From: Deltaproteobacteria bacterium
Lineage (GTDB): Bacteria > Desulfobacterota > Dissulfuribacteria > Dissulfuribacterales > DYLC01
Length of the DNA: 64,000 nucleotides
Direction of reading: 5' to 3'
Assembly: GCA_028695735.1 (NCBI GenBank)
Contig: JAQVIJ010000007.1
Coordinates: forward strand, 5,155-69,154
Notes under the pieces: generated by a model
Databases searched by the model: none
What the model was told of the DNA's origin: nothing
The model's input: only the letters and a program-made list of their open reading frames with translations
Program-made: the position numbers and the translations under genes
Shown: in pieces, positions 30,208 to 39,922 of the stretch
Position numbering within the stretch: position 1 is the stretch's first letter
How the letters are laid out: each line of letters opens with the position of its first letter

Positions 30208-32020
30208 TTTCCCTGCATTCATCCATTTCCTGCAGCCGTCGCTCGTAGTATGTCTTCTCGGTCTGCGTGGCGAGATCAAGGGCCTTTTGTGCGTATGCCC
30301 TGGCCTCACGGCCTTGCCCCAGGCGGCAATAACACTCAGCGAGGGTGTCGAAGAAAGGGGCGATCGGCTTTAGTTGCGTTGCCTTTTGTGCATATTGCAG
30401 GGCCTTTTTAAGGCTTGCAGGTGTTGCGTCTGTCTCTGTTGTTGTGATCCATGCCCAGTTGTTCAGGGCATCCGGTTGTTCAGGGTTGAATTGCAAGGCC
30501 TTTTCTAACAGTTCCAGGGCCTTCTCCTTATGGCCACGCTCTAGGAATATCTGGCTGACCATGATATATATCTCGGGTCTTTCCTGCTCTTTGTGTAACA
30601 GCTTCTCTAAATATATTTCCGTGAGATTGACCTTGGTGTTTTCCTGCCAGATGCCCACGGGCATCAATCTTGGAGACAATGCAAGCAAACCCAGGGTGAC
30701 CAGCAGCAGCATCTTGTAAAATTTGAGTTTTTTCTTGAATTGATCCAGGGTATCTGATGAGAGGGCGACATCCTGAAGGAATTGAGTGCGTTCTGCAATG
30801 CTGTAGTGATGCCAACTGGGTTGATTGCGTATGTTACCTGCGAGAATGCCGATTTTTTCCAGGGCGTTTATGAGGTGCCAGGGTGCGCCATGTATCTCAA
30901 ATACGGCGCTGTCAGCTTCTCTTTCAAAATTTCTCATGAAATAGCCCATAAAAAAGCGAAAATATCCCACGATAAAAAGCATGAACGGCAGGACCATCAA
31001 GATGCTTGACATTTTCGGATGTTCCGAATCCAGCCAAAATGCAGTCTTGGCCAGGTCTTTATGGCTGAATATCCAGGCGATCAAAGGATCGGATAGATTG
31101 TATAAAATCAGACTATAGCCAAGCATGAATATGACATACCAGAGCATGTGCCGGTATCTGATGTGAGCGATTTCATGGGCTATAACAGCCTCCAGTTCGG
31201 CTGTAGAAAGGTATTTCAGCAGACATGGTGTGATTAGTAGATAGCGGAATTTTGATATGATACCTACGACGGCAGCAGTGCAGTTGCGGTCATCGGGTTG
31301 CGGCCATATCAATATCTTGCTGAATCTTATTCTGAATCGTTGTAGAATGGTTTCAATGACATTCTTGAGATATGTCTCGTTGAGGGGAATGCAGCCCCAG
31401 CTATATTGAATAAACCATGGTATAAGAGTGACGGCCATTCCAAGAAAGGCGATCAAAAAAACAAGAGATGCGGTTGTAGTGGACAGAAACGCCTGTATGC
31501 CGGGCACAGGGAGCATCTGAAGAACGGCTTCGAGTATGGTGAGAATCATATACGGCAGAAGGGCAGGGAGCAGCATTCTGAGCCGTGTCGCCACAAATGA
31601 GACGGGCGTTTGCAGGGTCTCTGCGGGCTGCATGTTTCTGACTGTTATATACCAAAGGGAAACCGTATAAAGCATGTAAAGTAGCAGGCCCGCCATATCT
31701 CCTATGCTTGTCACTCGTTGTATCCAGTCGAACTGGGACAGACATGCCTTCAGCTCCAGGAGATAGAGGTTGATGCCGAGGAATAGAAGCGCGGCCCATT
31801 GCAGCCTTTCCATGAGGGCAAAAGGATGATACCTTTGCGCTGTCTGGCGTGTCACTATGTGGACTATGACGCACCATGCAACAAAGACAAGTCCTGCCAT
31901 GCCTAATGTCTGATATATGTCGAGCTGAAAGGCAGCGTCGTCCTCTGAAAACGGTTTGACAGGAGCGCCGACGATGATGACCAGGGCCAGCATGAGATTT
32001 ATTATCTGATTGTACGGCAT
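30185..32020 (-). CDS. M48-family membrane zinc metalloprotease with C-terminal TPRs
   Basis: HEIAH zinc motif, FEREAD, multiple TM helices, TPR tail. Confidence 0.88.
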   Translation of the reverse strand: MPYNQIINLMLALVIIVGAPVKPFSEDDAAFQLDIYQTLGMAGLVFVAWCVIVHIVTRQTAQRYHPFALMERLQWAALLFLGINLYLLELKACLSQFDWIQRVTSIGDMAGLLLYMLYTVSLWYITVRNMQPAETLQTPVSFVATRLRMLLPALLPYMILTILEAVLQMLPVPGIQAFLSTTTASLVFLIAFLGMAVTLIPWFIQYSWGCIPLNETYLKNVIETILQRFRIRFSKILIWPQPDDRNCTAAVVGIISKFRYLLITPCLLKYLSTAELEAVIAHEIAHIRYRHMLWYVIFMLGYSLILYNLSDPLIAWIFSHKDLAKTAFWLDSEHPKMSSILMVLPFMLFIVGYFRFFMGYFMRNFEREADSAVFEIHGAPWHLINALEKIGILAGNIRNQPSWHHYSIAERTQFLQDVALSSDTLDQFKKKLKFYKMLLLVTLGLLALSPRLMPVGIWQENTKVNLTEIYLEKLLHKEQERPEIYIMVSQIFLERGHKEKALELLEKALQFNPEQPDALNNWAWITTTETDATPASLKKALQYAQKATQLKPIAPFFDTLAECYCRLGQGREARAYAQKALDLATQTEKTYYERRLQEMDECREISSVPLR

Positions 32021-32070
32021 GGAGTCAAGAATAGCATTTCCGCAATATAAATGAAAGTCAGGAGGCGATT

Positions 32071-32406
32071 ATGGATGGAGCGCAAGTGCTGGAGGCCTTG
32101 AAAACAGAGAATGTGATTGAACATTTGCATGGTCTGGAACCCAAAGCGGTCTTGACTCAGACTATGTGGGGCATTCCGTTTTTCTGGAGCATACTGTGTG
32201 TGTTGGCCTGTCTTGGGCTTTTGTTCTTTCGCATGTATCGCACCGCAAGCGTGCTGGTGAGCCTGCTCATTTTGTGGTTTGGCGTCTATTATACGCTGCC
32301 GGATACGAGCCAGCCCATTACACTTTCTGATATAGCTGGTTTTGTGGGCGTGTGCGTGGTGGTCATAGCGCTCAATGCCTATGTCTTTTTTGTAAAGGGA
32401 GACTGA
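32071..32406 (+). CDS. Small hypothetical membrane protein
   Basis: GGAGG RBS, three hydrophobic segments, TGATG coupling to the next gene. Confidence 0.7.
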   Translation: MDGAQVLEALKTENVIEHLHGLEPKAVLTQTMWGIPFFWSILCVLACLGLLFFRMYRTASVLVSLLILWFGVYYTLPDTSQPITLSDIAGFVGVCVVVIALNAYVFFVKGD

Positions 32407-33044
32407 TGCGAGGGCAGCTTTTAGACATATATCAAAGGCTTTTTGAGCATTTCGGGCCGCAGGACTGGTGGCCGGGGGAGACGCCATTTGAGGTCTGTGT
32501 CGGTGCCATTCTAACACAAAATACCAGCTGGCAAAATGTAAAAAAGGCCATTGATAATCTCAAGCAGGCCGAACTGTTAAGTGTGCATGGCCTTTTTCAA
32601 ATGGAAGAGGCCCTGCTTGCAAACCTGATTCGGCCTGCCGGTTACTACAACATCAAGGCTGATCGGCTGAAGGCCTTTATAAATTTCCTGATGCATGAGT
32701 TTCGAGGCGACCTTGATGCCATGTTTCAGACACCCCTTGAGGAAATAAGACAACAGCTCCTTTCCATTCGAGGGATAGGCCCTGAAACAGCAGATAGCAT
32801 TCTACTCTATGCCGGGGGGCTTCCCACCTTTGTGGTGGATGCCTACACCATGAGGGCGCTCTCCAGACATGGTTTGATCTTCGAGGATGCTACATATGAG
32901 GATGTGCGGGGCATGTTTATGGACAACCTGCCGCCTGATGTGCAATTATATAATGAATTCCATGCGTTATTGGTGGCGCTGGGGAAACGCTATTGCAAGA
33001 AGCCGCGGCCTCTGTGTAGCGATTGTCCGCTTTTTGAGAAATAG
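32406..33044 (+). CDS. Endonuclease III-related HhH-GPD DNA glycosylase
   Basis: WWPGETPFEV, GAILTQNT, IRGIGPETAD, VVDAYT, C-terminal Cys cluster. Confidence 0.92.
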   Translation: MRGQLLDIYQRLFEHFGPQDWWPGETPFEVCVGAILTQNTSWQNVKKAIDNLKQAELLSVHGLFQMEEALLANLIRPAGYYNIKADRLKAFINFLMHEFRGDLDAMFQTPLEEIRQQLLSIRGIGPETADSILLYAGGLPTFVVDAYTMRALSRHGLIFEDATYEDVRGMFMDNLPPDVQLYNEFHALLVALGKRYCKKPRPLCSDCPLFEK

Positions 33045-33110
33045 TCTTTCTATTGTCCCGAAATTCGGGATTTAATCTAAAAAACAAAAAAGACCCTATG
33101 AGACTTCTTT

Positions 33111-33220
33111 GGCGGCAGCGGGGGGCATTTGTTCCATGCGTCGCATAACTGCCCTCCATGGCAGTATGCGCCGCCGGCGCCCTCGTGGCGCCTATTTCAC
33201 AAATACCCCCCACTGCCGCC
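33111..33220 (-). repeat. Structured GGA-loop cloverleaf element, copy 1 (candidate ncRNA)
   Basis: 22-bp closing stem enclosing two hairpins; homologous to 33535-33649 in inverted orientation. Confidence 0.65.
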
Positions 33221-33534
33221 CTTCTCGTCTCTGCGGAACCCCATGTCCATAAAGGGTGCCCTATTCATTCCTGATGTAATTTCACTAATGACGGATTGCC
33301 CTGCTGTGATGGACAACCTGGCGTTTCTGCCAATAAAAAACGCTGGTTGAACTGTCACTGCTGCCCATAAAAAACGCAGAATTGGCCTTTGTCCTCATAT
33401 TAACCAAAATTCAAAGTATGTAATTTGGTTAACGCGTCGTTTGGGCGTGGGGTTTCAGAAAGGGTGTTAAGCAAAGTTCAGGGGATCTATGCCTTTTTTA
33501 AGCGGCTTCTGAGGTGGAATGTGGAGGTGGGGAG

Positions 33535-33649
33535 GGGCGAGGGCAGCCGGTGTTTGTGGAATAGGCGCCATGGAGGGCGCCGGCCCCACATCACCGCCAA
33601 GGAGGGCGGTTATGTGGGGCATGGAACAAATGCCGGCTGCTCATCGCCC
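33535..33649 (+). repeat. Structured GGA-loop cloverleaf element, copy 2 (candidate ncRNA)
   Basis: Closing stem GGGCGA-GGGCAGCCGGTGTTTGT / ACAAATGCCGGCTGCTCATCGCCC; loops CATGGAG and CAAGGAG. Confidence 0.65.
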
Positions 33650-33674
33650 TAAAACAAAAAACATGTTATTAGAA

Positions 33675-33702
33675 GTAGGGGCGACCGGCCGGTCGCCCCT
33701 AC
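33675..33702. repeat. GTAG-type REP palindrome
   Basis: Perfect 28-bp palindrome GTAGGGGCGACCGGCCGGTCGCCCCTAC. Confidence 0.85.
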
Positions 33703-33890
33703 ATTCTTTTGTGCAGGGGATTGCTTCGCTTCGCTCGCCTCGGCGCGAGCGCCCTTCGGGCCGAGGCCTCGGCGCGTGGCGCAATGACAACTCCCTGTCC
33801 TGCTCATCGCCCTAAAAACAAAAATCAAGGTTAGACAATGAGTTATTACTCTTATGGCAAATTCAATCGTGGGGTTTGGGATTGTATTCA

Positions 33891-34685
33891 TTATTGCCAC
33901 TTAAAATTCAATGCGTTGAATTTGCATGCATCCACACAGTCCCCGCAGTTCCAGCAATAGATAGATGCACCCTCTCCCTTTGAGGGTTCGAGCCCCAATG
34001 GACAGGCCCTGTCACACTGTCTGCATTTTGTGCACGCTGTCTCATCCTGCTGCACTTGAAGCCGTCTTTTGGCGCCCAAAAGGGCCAGAAGCCCGCCCAA
34101 TGGGCACAGATATCTGCAATAAAATCTGCGTGTTATAAGGTTCAGCGTCAGCACAATGAGAATGATAATGCCTTCAACGGCCACGGTATGAAAGAAGACC
34201 AAAAGCATCAGCTCTCGTCCAACCAGCCCAGGTGGAGACAGAAAAACGAAAAGCGGCGCTCCCATCACCATGGCCAAAATCACCTCCAATAGAAGCGCAA
34301 ACCACAGCACATGGCGCGAAAGCAACCAGCGATCCTTTCGTCCTGTCCTGGCAAGAACAGCCGCCAGCCTGTCCAGGATACTCGAAAGGAAGTTTATGGG
34401 GCAGACCCAGCTACAAAAGACTCTGCCCAGCAGAAAGGCCAGTATAACGGGTGATAGCATGCCGATAACAAGCGGCAGATAAATGACCTTTGAGACCAGA
34501 ATACTCTCCAGCCCTTCCAATGGCGATACAAACCAGAGCTTGCCTATGCCCAGGGACTGATACCAGCCCTGCACAAAATTGATGTGCAGGTAGTAATTCA
34601 GAAATGGATTTATGAGAATGAGAGAAAAGGCCATGCCCTGTATAAGAAGGCGAATCCTGCTCAAAGACGGTCTGTGTTCATTCAT
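33891..34685 (-). CDS. napH: Quinol dehydrogenase membrane subunit NapH
   Basis: GRVFCSWVCP, YCRYLCPLG and two ferredoxin motifs; located in the nap operon. Confidence 0.88.
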   Translation of the reverse strand: MNEHRPSLSRIRLLIQGMAFSLILINPFLNYYLHINFVQGWYQSLGIGKLWFVSPLEGLESILVSKVIYLPLVIGMLSPVILAFLLGRVFCSWVCPINFLSSILDRLAAVLARTGRKDRWLLSRHVLWFALLLEVILAMVMGAPLFVFLSPPGLVGRELMLLVFFHTVAVEGIIILIVLTLNLITRRFYCRYLCPLGGLLALLGAKRRLQVQQDETACTKCRQCDRACPLGLEPSKGEGASIYCWNCGDCVDACKFNALNFKWQ

Positions 34686-35278
34686 GACCGCACTCCGCTG
34701 TATATGGGCTCTATGTTGACGGCCTTTTTGCCTTCTTCAGTGCTCACAGGGCAGCCATGCACACAGATACCGCAGCCTGTGCAGGCCTTTTCGTCGATCA
34801 CGGGCCTGAATTCATCGAGCCGAACGGCCTGTTCCTTGTATGGGCAGACATTATAACAGGTATGGCACAAGGACTCGCCCTTCCAGGTGACGCATCGCAT
34901 ACGGTCTATGACCGCAAGGCCCATTCGAGTTGCCTCCTTGGCTATGGGCAGCAATGTGCCGGTGGGACAGACCTCCACGCATTTCATGCAGAGATAACAG
35001 GGGATTTCCGCTGGAAAGACCATGGGAGTGCCTGCATAGACGCCATATTTCAGACTTAATGGCTGTATGGAGCGATATGGGCAGACCTCCACGCACCTGC
35101 CGCAGCGAATGCACTTGCCCACAAAGATATCTTCCTTTACCGCTCCCGGTGGTCTCAGCATGTTGGTGGCAACAGGTGAGCGAAAAAGGGATGCGGCTAC
35201 GGCCTTTTGCGGTGCCAGCAGAAAACAACTCGTAACGGCCAGGCCGGCGCTTAAAAAGCCCCTTCGAGATATTCTCAT
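34682..35278 (-). CDS. napG: Ferredoxin-type protein NapG
   Basis: Tat signal SRRGFL, LRPPGA, CIRCGRCVEVCP, four Fe-S motifs. Confidence 0.9.
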   Translation of the reverse strand: MRISRRGFLSAGLAVTSCFLLAPQKAVAASLFRSPVATNMLRPPGAVKEDIFVGKCIRCGRCVEVCPYRSIQPLSLKYGVYAGTPMVFPAEIPCYLCMKCVEVCPTGTLLPIAKEATRMGLAVIDRMRCVTWKGESLCHTCYNVCPYKEQAVRLDEFRPVIDEKACTGCGICVHGCPVSTEEGKKAVNIEPIYSGVRS

Positions 35279-35514
35279 GGATTGACCTCATCCTCAACAT
35301 TTAGATATGTGACGGTCACTGAAAGCACTCCAGGCTGCCGTTGAATCTCCTTCTGTGCCAGTTCTATCTCATTGGATGTCTTGGACTCGATCACTGCCAC
35401 TATGTTGTCTTCGTTCCATCCGTATATCTCTATGCCCTTTAATGCCGAGATGGCCTGTGTGGCCTGGTGCATGACTTGAGGCTCTATTCCTATCACAAGA
35501 CCTGCTATGGGCAT
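35275..35514 (-). CDS. napD: NapA chaperone NapD
   Basis: 79 aa, MPIAGLVI...IVAVIE...PGVLSV..Y; follows napA. Confidence 0.85.
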   Translation of the reverse strand: MPIAGLVIGIEPQVMHQATQAISALKGIEIYGWNEDNIVAVIESKTSNEIELAQKEIQRQPGVLSVTVTYLNVEDEVNP

Positions 35515-35532
35515 GGTGCTCCTCCTTTTTGT

Positions 35533-35560
35533 GCAGGGAGCGGCAAAAAACCGCCCCCTG
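35533..35560 (-). terminator. Intergenic stem-loop after napA
   Basis: CAGGGAGCGG...CCGCCCCCTG hairpin. Confidence 0.5.
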
Positions 35561-35582
35561 GGGTTCTTGTATAAGACCGCTA

Positions 35583-37976
35583 CTACATGGTCACTACAAA
35601 GGGTTTCAATGCCTGCGGACCTGATAGGCGTCGAATGCGACAGGCGCAGATCTTGAATTCAGGTTCCTTTGAAATGGCATCAAAGGCATCCTTGGTGACC
35701 TTGTTGATCATGCGTTCCTCCGCCATATCGTGCCAATAGACAAAGACCATGCCTTCAATGGGGCCTTCATAGACCTTGGCAGGCAACACGCACTTGCCTC
35801 TGCGGGACTCCACCTCCACCATGTCGTTGGGGGCAATGCCCATTTTCTGGGCATCCTTGGGGTTGATCTCCACAAAGGCATAGGGGTTGGCGCGCATGAG
35901 CTCGGGAATGCGGCCTGTCATGCTGGAGGTATGCCAGTGGTCGATGATGCGGCCTGTGGAGAGATACACGGGATACTCTGCATCCGGCTCCTCAGCGGCA
36001 GGTTTGTATGGCCGCAGCCACACATACAGTTTGCGGTCAGGTCTGCCGTAAAATTGATACGGCTTGTCGTCTTTGGCCTCTTTGTCCGCCATTGGGTCCG
36101 CTCCCCGAAGGAATTTGGTCACAGTGCCGCCCTTAAGGGCGAATTCCTCCGTGGGCGCAGGCCACTGGACGCCATCAGGCATTTTGGCAAGCACCTCATA
36201 GGTGGCCCCGCGCAGGTCATTGTCCTGATCGGCGGTGATTTTTTGACTGTATTCCGTCCAGATGGCCTTGGGCAGGTCATAGTCCTCCTTGAGCCCCACA
36301 AATGGCTCGACACACTTGGCAATGACCGGATCGTTCAGCTCCTTCGCCAATCTCAATGCCCATTCGCGCACCATCCATACCTCCGGTTTTGCCTCACCCG
36401 GTGGATTCACCGCCTTTGGAGTAAGCTGGCTTCTGCGCTCGGTGCAGCCATAGACACCTGTCTTTTCAAAGTGGAATGCAGCAGGCAGTATGAGGTTGGC
36501 CAGTTCTGTGGTGCGAGTGGGAAAGATGTCAGAGACCATGACAAAGACATCCTCTCTTGCCAGGCCTTTTCTGTAGGGTTCCATGTTGGGCAGGCTCTGG
36601 GCAGGGCTGGTGCAGTTGATCCAGATGGCCTTGACCTTGCCTTCATTGACTGCCTGGAACATGGCCACGGTATGTAGGCCTGGTTTTGGGGGAATACGGC
36701 CTGCGGGCACGCCCCACAACTCTTCTAACCTTGACCGATGTTTTTCGTTCTCTACCAGTCTGTGGCCAGGCAAGAGATGACACAGGCCGCCGGCCTCTCG
36801 TACACCGCCGCAGGCATTGGGTTGACCTGTGAGGGAGAGGCTGTCCGCCCCTGGTTTACAGAGCTGTCCTGTCAGGATGTGGAGGTTGTGCACCAGATTG
36901 TTGGCCCAGACGCCATGCAGACGCTGATTCAGACCCATGGTCCACATGCTGACAGTGGCGCCCGATTGGGCAAAGGCGCGGGCTACCTTTCGAATAAGGT
37001 CTGGCGTGACGTTCCCGCCGCATATCTTGGAGGCCTTTTCCGGCGTATAATCCGCTGAAAATGCCTTATATGCCTCAAAATCCACGTTTTCAGGCCCTTT
37101 TTCGCCCTGTTTTTTAAAGACTGCATAGTCTTTGATAAATGCCTCATCATAGAGTTTTTCCTCTATGATGACATGGGCCATGGCGTTTAACAGGGCCAGG
37201 TCAGTGCCTGGTCTGAACTGTACGTGCATGTCGGCTATGCGGGAGGTGGGAGATATTCGGGGATCCACGTTTATGACCGTGACCTCTTTGGGATTGTCCA
37301 GCTTACGGCGCATCACTCTGCGGAAAACAACTGGATGGGCCTCGGCCATGTTGCTGCCGATGATGAAGAAACACCTGGCCTTTTCTATGTTGGAGTAGCC
37401 GCCGATGGGCTCATCTGCACCAAAGGAGGTCATGTAGCCGGCTGCTGCGCTGGCCATACAGAGACGAGGATTGCCCTCCACATTGTTGGTGCGAAGCCCT
37501 GCGCGAAAGACCTTCTGAAAGAGATATGTCTCTTCGGTCTGCGCCTGACCGGAACCGTAATATGCCACCGAGTCGTTGCCATGGGTTTGAATCGCCTTTG
37601 CAAAGGCCTTTGCTGCTATATCCAGGGCCTGATCCCATGAAATCTCCTTGAATTTTTCTGTCTTTTGAGCGCGATACAAGGGCCTTTTCAGGCGGTCCGA
37701 ATGCCCCATGACCTTGTAAAAGAGCATGCCCTTCATACACAGGTATCCCAGGTTAGTGCGGGAATCGGCCACTCCGCGAATCACCACAGGTTTTCCGTTT
37801 TTCAGCCCCAGATCCACTCGGCAGCCGGTACCGCACAGGCGGCAGGTGCCCCGCACCCATTTGTCGGCCTCGGTTTCTGCAAAGGCCTTGTCCAATTGAA
37901 AGGGCAGGTTCATACCCACGAAAGAGGCGGCTGTGAGTGCCGCGCTCCTTTTGATAAATTCTCTACGAGTAAGCAT
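35583..37976 (-). CDS. napA: Periplasmic nitrate reductase catalytic subunit
   Basis: Tat signal TRREFIK, CRLCGTGC...C 4Fe-4S motif, NPRLCMASA (Mo-ligand Cys), SLTGQPNACG, KEPEFKICA. Confidence 0.95.
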   Translation of the reverse strand: MLTRREFIKRSAALTAASFVGMNLPFQLDKAFAETEADKWVRGTCRLCGTGCRVDLGLKNGKPVVIRGVADSRTNLGYLCMKGMLFYKVMGHSDRLKRPLYRAQKTEKFKEISWDQALDIAAKAFAKAIQTHGNDSVAYYGSGQAQTEETYLFQKVFRAGLRTNNVEGNPRLCMASAAAGYMTSFGADEPIGGYSNIEKARCFFIIGSNMAEAHPVVFRRVMRRKLDNPKEVTVINVDPRISPTSRIADMHVQFRPGTDLALLNAMAHVIIEEKLYDEAFIKDYAVFKKQGEKGPENVDFEAYKAFSADYTPEKASKICGGNVTPDLIRKVARAFAQSGATVSMWTMGLNQRLHGVWANNLVHNLHILTGQLCKPGADSLSLTGQPNACGGVREAGGLCHLLPGHRLVENEKHRSRLEELWGVPAGRIPPKPGLHTVAMFQAVNEGKVKAIWINCTSPAQSLPNMEPYRKGLAREDVFVMVSDIFPTRTTELANLILPAAFHFEKTGVYGCTERRSQLTPKAVNPPGEAKPEVWMVREWALRLAKELNDPVIAKCVEPFVGLKEDYDLPKAIWTEYSQKITADQDNDLRGATYEVLAKMPDGVQWPAPTEEFALKGGTVTKFLRGADPMADKEAKDDKPYQFYGRPDRKLYVWLRPYKPAAEEPDAEYPVYLSTGRIIDHWHTSSMTGRIPELMRANPYAFVEINPKDAQKMGIAPNDMVEVESRRGKCVLPAKVYEGPIEGMVFVYWHDMAEERMINKVTKDAFDAISKEPEFKICACRIRRLSGPQALKPFVVTM

Positions 37977-37990
37977 GGTTCTTCCCTCCT

Positions 37991-38371
37991 CTATTTTGAG
38001 ACCTGAAATCTGTGTGCCTTATGGCACTGCCAGCAGGGTTTGTTTTCAGAGTGATCAAAGGCCTCGGCATGACATACGGCGCAGCGGTTGACATCAGGGA
38101 CACGCTGCATGTTTTCAAATGTGCCATGGCACTGGTAACACTTGACATTTCCTATGCCGTGCACCGATTCAAACCACTCCTGATACACTCGGGGTGTGGA
38201 GGTCTTGTGACATTCGTGACAGGGCATGAGCTTGTCCTGCTCTGTGACCATGGGATGTGTGTCCTTTTTTGTTGCTTCCCTTTTCGCCTCTGCGGTAACT
38301 GCTAAAAATGACAAGAAGAGCATGATAAAAGTGGCCAACAAGATGCCTTGGTTTTTGTTGAAAAGATACAT
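37991..38371 (-). CDS. napM: Tetraheme cytochrome c (NapM-like)
   Basis: Signal peptide and four CxxCH motifs; immediately upstream of napA. Confidence 0.8.
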   Translation of the reverse strand: MYLFNKNQGILLATFIMLFLSFLAVTAEAKREATKKDTHPMVTEQDKLMPCHECHKTSTPRVYQEWFESVHGIGNVKCYQCHGTFENMQRVPDVNRCAVCHAEAFDHSENKPCWQCHKAHRFQVSK

Positions 38372-38391
38372 AAACGCCTCCTCAAAGTGGC

Positions 38392-38425
38392 AAGGGAAGG
38401 GTGGACTCGTGGCCTCCCTTCCCTT
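38392..38425 (-). terminator. Intergenic stem-loop after nrfA
   Basis: AAGGGAAGGG...CCCTTCCCTT inverted repeat. Confidence 0.5.
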
Positions 38426-38436
38426 AGGTTAAAGGC

Positions 38437-39900
38437 CTACAGCCTGTCCTGTGTGCCGAATGGGTCCTTGAGTTCCTGTTCGGGTCTGAAGTTGAGCTTC
38501 TTGTCCCCGCGATTGTTCAGATACTTGGGCAGCTCCAGGTCTATCTTCTCAGGCACAGCCACTCCTGCCTTGGCCATGGCGTCCCTCAAAAGCACCTCTG
38601 CCTTAAATCCGAAGGTGGTGGCATCGCCTGCCATGCGCATGGCCTCCGTGGGGTTGTGGAAACCAAGGGAGTTTTCTGCACCCAAAAAGATCACACGATA
38701 GAAGGATTCCAGATAGAGGTCCTTGGCCTTGTCATAGGTGGCCTGGTCTATGGCCTTGCCTTCTTCCTTGGCCTTGTTGGCCATCTCAAAGAGCTTGGCC
38801 ACAGTGGCGGCCTGATAGCCCGCTCGAATGATGAGGGAGGCGGTGCGGTCCTGAATGGCAAATACCTGCTGGCGCAGCCACTCAGGGCTTTCGGCATGAC
38901 ACTGCACACAGCCCTTCAGGTCGTTTTTGAGGGGGCTCATGATGCGATGGTCAGAGACCTTGGCCGTCCCAACCTTTGTGTAAGGCATGTGACAGTCGGG
39001 GCAAGAGACGCCAGCGTTCCAGTGCACGCTGTTGTTGGAATAGAGTTCAAACTCGGGATGGCGTATGTATGCCACCTTGAAGCCTGTGACCGCCTGTTTC
39101 CACTCCAGATAGGCAGGGTCGCTCTTCATGACCTTTATGATGTTTTCGATGGTGATGGCACCCATCTTGCTGCCCTGCCAGGGAAAGAACACACCCTCTG
39201 TCTTCATGTCCTTGTCTTTATTCATGATGTAGGTCACATGGCATTGGGCGCAGACCAGGCTTCTCATTTGAGTATGAGTGGTGTCTTTTGGGGCTACTCC
39301 CATGTCGTTTAAGGCCTTGACCAGTGTAAAGCCCCTGGAAAGACGCAGGGACATGTCTTTGTTGTCATGGCAGTCTATGCAGGCAGCCCCCAGCTCACGA
39401 TGTTTTTCCGGAATCTGGGACCAGACCTCTTTGTAGCTCTTTTTGTAGTAGTCCTTGCCCATTTGTTTTTCCAAGGCAGGTACATAGGGGCTTTTACAGG
39501 TGAGACAACCACCCCCTGCCTTGACACGGGATTGATCTATCTCTGTTTGGTCTGATAGCATGTACCAGTGTCCCCGAGGCTCGTTGTACTCTATGCCGAA
39601 GCCCCAGCCCTTGAAAAGCAGGGCCATAAACGGATACTCCGAAAGCTTGTCATAGACGATCTTGTCAGAGTCCCAGCCCTTCTTCCACTTGCTCTTGGCC
39701 ACAGGCGTGGGTTCCTGCGTCTTTTTCCAGAGTTCATATTCTATGGGAAATGCCTTGCCCCATGCCTCTGGGTCGATCTCGTTGTCTGCGATCTTGACCG
39801 GCCTTACTGCCTCTGTCTTGGGGGGTTCACTGCAGGCAGTCACTAAGAGACCTGCCAATAACCCCGTGCCAATCATCAAAACTGTCTGCCATTTTTTCAT
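38437..39900 (-). CDS. nrfA: Ammonia-forming cytochrome c nitrite reductase
   Basis: CLTCK (Lys-ligated heme 1) plus four CxxCH, YNEPRGH, HPEFE, ENSLGFHNP; lipoprotein signal. Confidence 0.95.
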   Translation of the reverse strand: MKKWQTVLMIGTGLLAGLLVTACSEPPKTEAVRPVKIADNEIDPEAWGKAFPIEYELWKKTQEPTPVAKSKWKKGWDSDKIVYDKLSEYPFMALLFKGWGFGIEYNEPRGHWYMLSDQTEIDQSRVKAGGGCLTCKSPYVPALEKQMGKDYYKKSYKEVWSQIPEKHRELGAACIDCHDNKDMSLRLSRGFTLVKALNDMGVAPKDTTHTQMRSLVCAQCHVTYIMNKDKDMKTEGVFFPWQGSKMGAITIENIIKVMKSDPAYLEWKQAVTGFKVAYIRHPEFELYSNNSVHWNAGVSCPDCHMPYTKVGTAKVSDHRIMSPLKNDLKGCVQCHAESPEWLRQQVFAIQDRTASLIIRAGYQAATVAKLFEMANKAKEEGKAIDQATYDKAKDLYLESFYRVIFLGAENSLGFHNPTEAMRMAGDATTFGFKAEVLLRDAMAKAGVAVPEKIDLELPKYLNNRGDKKLNFRPEQELKDPFGTQDRL

Positions 39901-39922
39901 CTCTTTCTCTCCTTTCTGAAAA

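Noticed and set aside
33129-33900. Short ORFs in the intergenic region between the glycosylase gene and napH
   Set aside because: They run through palindromic repeats and lack RBS or protein-like features.
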